64,000 nucleotides of DNA from Anaerolineae bacterium. GTDB taxonomy: Bacteria; Chloroflexota; Anaerolineae; B4-G1; SLSP01. Under the pieces are notes generated by a model that saw only the letters and a program-made list of their open reading frames with translations, searched no databases and was not told the DNA's origin. Shown here piece after piece: positions 60,984 through 64,000 of the stretch (positions are counted from its first letter, which is position 1; every line of letters starts with the position of its first letter). The position numbers and the translations under genes were made by a program. Where the stretch lies: positions 1,135 to 65,134 of the forward strand of contig JAFGFI010000018.1 in NCBI GenBank assembly GCA_016931185.1, given 5' to 3'.

Positions 60984-63900
60984 ATGACTGAGCAATCCAC
61001 GTATCAGGATTTTGATGTATTCCTAGACTGTAAATTGGATGCGAACAATAATTTCCAAAACATCACACTTAAAGATGCTGAGGGTAACAAATGTACAGTT
61101 CATTACAACTTTTCAAAACCTGTTGGGAGGATTAAAAAAGCGATGGCAATGGCCAAGCACACTACAGAATCTTCTCAATGGCTAGACGAATTAGGCGCGG
61201 AACTTCAAGGGCTTTTCTTTCCCAATACCGGTGAAGGCCGCAACTTAACTGATAAATTCTGCGGGTTTCTAAAAAAGTTGGGAAACTCAGGCAAGGCGCG
61301 GCTCCGGTTATTTTATCCCAACGATGTGAATAAAATTATTGCGTTGCTGGGTGTTCCCTGGGAGTATCTCTATCTAGACTCGCAGTGTACTGGATTAGAA
61401 AAGAGTTACTTGTGCCTCAACAAACGTTTTTCGCTGGTGCATTGTTTGATCAATAAACCAGAAGAACTTGGCAAATGCGAACACTTACCTCTTAAAGCAT
61501 CTTTCTATATGCATTTAGAGAATGTGCAATCGGTAATTAAGGAGCTTGATATAATTCAATATTTAGCTCTTGGAGAAAAAGAAAAGCTTGCATTCGCAGG
61601 GAATGACCCTCAGAGGAAAGGCGAAATAGATTTGCTTGTTCAGCGCGCTAACGATTTGGTTATTATGTACAAGGAGATAGCCTATGATCTGAAGCAGTCT
61701 GGGCGCCCTCATATTATCCAACTATCAGGATATCATGAGATGCTAGAAAAAGAACATATACAGTGGGCAACTGAGACCTTTGACATAATCCAATATTTGG
61801 CTCATGGAGATATTGACGGACTGGCGTTAGCAAACGGTGACACCTACAAGAAAGCAGAAATAATAAACGATATTCAGAAACCTAAGACTAAAGTTGTTAT
61901 TCTAGGTGTGTGTAGTAGCGCGAGTAGTTACTCAGGAGCAGCCGTGGCTTTCCATGAAGCCGGTGTCCCCATTGTCGTTGGAATGACCCAGATAACCGCT
62001 ACATCCGTAGCCAGTAGTTTCTTAGAAGCCTTGTACACGCAGTTAGCAGAACGTCTGTGTAGTGTGGAAGAAGCGGTGGCAGTCGCTCGGAGTCAGTTAT
62101 ACGAAGAGAAGGGTTGCGATCAATTTTCTTTGCATTGGGGAATACCGCGCCTCTTTATGCGCAGTACTCATAGCGACCTCATTGACCGACAATCCTTGTA
62201 TGAACGTGTCTATAACATATCCACTTGCAAAGAAATCAGAGAAAAAATCCTGCCACCGGAACAATCGATAGATATTCAATCTTTTGTTCGTTGGTCAAAA
62301 ACTTTGAGAGAATGGATTGATAGCGAGAAAGTAGGCATGCTTTATCTTTATGGCCGGGATGGGAGTGCCAAAAGTACCGAGGTGGCGCGCTTGTTACACG
62401 AGTACGATGGACAGAACAATAAACCTAAGCTGTTAGGCCACTTTTGCCGTAATGATGATCATCAAACTTCTAATCCTCTCATATTCGTTCGCGACTCGCT
62501 GTACCCCCAGCTTGAAGATTACTATGGGGCTGACTTTTATCGAGGATACTTGAGAGGGGTGTTTCCTAGGGCTGCTTATGACGCTAGATTTGCATTTTAC
62601 AATCTATTTCTCCTTCCCCTTAGCCGAATTCGCGAGAAAAACCCAGAGGCCCGTTTGCCTACAATTATTATCGACGCAATTGATGATGCTGTAGCGCGCT
62701 ATCCAAGCGAGTCTATTCTTGATCTGTTAATTGACCACCAACATGCGATCACCCAAGTTGCTCGCGTGATCATTACCGGTAACTACTCAGAAGAACCTGA
62801 TTCTCCTCATCAACGCATTCGCGTGGAACTGGAACCGGAGATTATTAGCATATCAGAAGATATTATATCTTGTGGACAACTACCAACCATCAAAGAGACT
62901 GATATTGAAGAAAAGATACCAGATGCATCGCTGCGAGCGCTCACTTTTAAGCACATAAACGAAATTTGTGAACCGGAGCAAAAAATGCAATTGTGGCGCT
63001 TCTTGTCGGATTGTGGTGCTGATCTGCGCAAAGTCTTATGTGGGATAAGCAAGTCGGACAAAAAACCGCTTCCATTGGAAAACTACTATCAAGCGTATTT
63101 GGATATTGTGAAGAGTAAGAATGAATATGCTGAAGACTTGCTACGCGTGTTGCTTGTTGCATATAGACCGCTCTCGGCAAAGTTTTTGAAACAACTTTTT
63201 CAAGAAGTAGAAATCTTGAATGTTTCAAAGGTTATGGACGAGATGCCGGCATTTATTCATAGTACGGATAGTGTTTACACATGTCACAGCAGTATCAGAC
63301 GCTTTCTAAATGAAAAACTTTTCTTTTGCCCCGATCCTAACAAAATCATAAAACCCCCGCGTGATGAAAGTCTTAAGCCGAATTATAGCGCCAGGTCAGA
63401 TGCTCATGGTTTTTTTATGAATTTATATGCCGGGGAGGAGATGGTCAAATTGCAAAATTGGTATGAATTGAATGAAAAATGGGGGAACTATGTTCAAAAT
63501 TACCTACCTTTGCATGCCTACAAGTGTTATCAGTATGCCTGTTATGGTTATATGGAAATATCAAATGAAATTGATGATCCTGCGGAACTTTGGGATCACT
63601 TTTCCCAAGAGTATGACCAAGGAATCAGAGATGGTGAATATTATACGCGGTCTAGTCTGGGAAATTTAAATTATGTAGACGGGCAGTCTTGGAATAGGCG
63701 TTCTCTTAGTGCAATGGCATTTCTACACCTTATCAGCCAACCTTCTTTTCGCGAATTCCGTATGTACACAGAAGGCACAGAGGCAGTTGTTGACGATATG
63801 CTTTTTGGTTTAAGAGTTACTTTGTTTGAACACATGTTGAACCTTTCAATTATGCTTGCTCCCAATTATGGATCAAAAGAATACAGTAAACATAGACAAG

Positions 63901-64000
63901 GTTTTGCTCGCTTGATAACAGCTTACGAGCATATTCTGGACATTTTAACGGAGGATAAAGAGAAGGAGTTGATCGGCCTCGAACGAAAAGTACGAGGGGT
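60984..64000 (+). CDS. CHAT (caspase-fold) protease fused to a P-loop STAND-like NTPase; 3' partial
   Basis: Not in the ORF track because no stop occurs before the window end. My hand translation from ATG 60984 (AGGAGAG upstream) stays open to 64000. LRLFYPNDV...LGVPWEYLYLD. His in QYLAHGD (codon about 61803-61805). Cys in VVILGVCSSASS (codon about 61911-61913). P-loop-like LYLYGRDGSAKST and Walker-B-like PTIIIDAIDDA. Confidence 0.75.
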   Translation, partial: MTEQSTYQDFDVFLDCKLDANNNFQNITLKDAEGNKCTVHYNFSKPVGRIKKAMAMAKHTTESSQWLDELGAELQGLFFPNTGEGRNLTDKFCGFLKKLGNSGKARLRLFYPNDVNKIIALLGVPWEYLYLDSQCTGLEKSYLCLNKRFSLVHCLINKPEELGKCEHLPLKASFYMHLENVQSVIKELDIIQYLALGEKEKLAFAGNDPQRKGEIDLLVQRANDLVIMYKEIAYDLKQSGRPHIIQLSGYHEMLEKEHIQWATETFDIIQYLAHGDIDGLALANGDTYKKAEIINDIQKPKTKVVILGVCSSASSYSGAAVAFHEAGVPIVVGMTQITATSVASSFLEALYTQLAERLCSVEEAVAVARSQLYEEKGCDQFSLHWGIPRLFMRSTHSDLIDRQSLYERVYNISTCKEIREKILPPEQSIDIQSFVRWSKTLREWIDSEKVGMLYLYGRDGSAKSTEVARLLHEYDGQNNKPKLLGHFCRNDDHQTSNPLIFVRDSLYPQLEDYYGADFYRGYLRGVFPRAAYDARFAFYNLFLLPLSRIREKNPEARLPTIIIDAIDDAVARYPSESILDLLIDHQHAITQVARVIITGNYSEEPDSPHQRIRVELEPEIISISEDIISCGQLPTIKETDIEEKIPDASLRALTFKHINEICEPEQKMQLWRFLSDCGADLRKVLCGISKSDKKPLPLENYYQAYLDIVKSKNEYAEDLLRVLLVAYRPLSAKFLKQLFQEVEILNVSKVMDEMPAFIHSTDSVYTCHSSIRRFLNEKLFFCPDPNKIIKPPRDESLKPNYSARSDAHGFFMNLYAGEEMVKLQNWYELNEKWGNYVQNYLPLHAYKCYQYACYGYMEISNEIDDPAELWDHFSQEYDQGIRDGEYYTRSSLGNLNYVDGQSWNRRSLSAMAFLHLISQPSFREFRMYTEGTEAVVDDMLFGLRVTLFEHMLNLSIMLAPNYGSKEYSKHRQGFARLITAYEHILDILTEDKEKELIGLERKVRG

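Larger units (their letters stand above)
50647..64000. other. AT-richer accessory block (putative genomic island, right end not in window)
   Basis: Composition visibly shifts to A/T-rich codons (AAA, GAA, ATT, TTA) relative to upstream genes. All six genes are co-directional and lack housekeeping function. No integrase or tRNA seen. Confidence 0.55.

Noticed and set aside
61855-61890. Apparent +1 frameshift in the CHAT gene at an A-rich run (GCAGAAATAATAAAC).
   Set aside because: It came from my own mis-indexing by one base. A cross-check against track ORF coordinates downstream (62062..62271 and 62097..62279) and the absence of any listed ORF ending near 61886 show the frame is continuous.
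1-64000. Search for CRISPR arrays, rRNA, tRNA, IS elements or integrases.
   Set aside because: No regularly spaced direct repeats, no rRNA- or tRNA-like cloverleaf segments and no transposase or integrase-like ORFs were found by eye. A tRNAscan, Infernal or ISfinder run would be needed to be certain.

Overview
Bacterial window of 64 kb with 46 protein-coding genes. I found no rRNA, tRNA, CRISPR array, transposase or integrase. All calls come from reading the ORF translations and the DNA by eye, with no homology search. Hand-indexed small motifs may be off by 1-2 nt. Positions 1-50646 look like ordinary chromosome. They hold a two-component cluster (response regulator plus two tandem paralogous kinases, one truncated), glycan-related genes (GH95-like, CBM-bearing secreted protein, rfbA, aldo/keto reductase), a third GAF/PAS hybrid kinase, a ROK-regulated amino-sugar cluster (kinases, PIG-L deacetylase, SIS protein, GH4), and housekeeping genes (rnhB, ribF, miaB, msrPQ, FKBP isomerase, methyltransferases). 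The gene content is reminiscent of Chloroflexota-type genomes, but that is a weak inference. Intergenic regions carry a family of ACGT-core hairpin repeats, often placed right after stop codons. At about 50.65 kb the sequence becomes visibly AT-richer with different codon usage. From there a co-directional six-gene block runs to the window end: a 1719-aa multidomain protein (HhH, beta-sandwich repeats, glycine-zipper segment, YkuD-like HGC C-terminus), a cupin-like protein, an NB-ARC STAND ATPase, a TPR protein separated from it by a single in-frame stop, a 353-aa orphan, and a CHAT protease fused to a P-loop NTPase. The last gene is open at the window end and absent from the ORF track. I consider this block the best candidate for an undescribed STAND/caspase-type conflict (defence or programmed-death) system.
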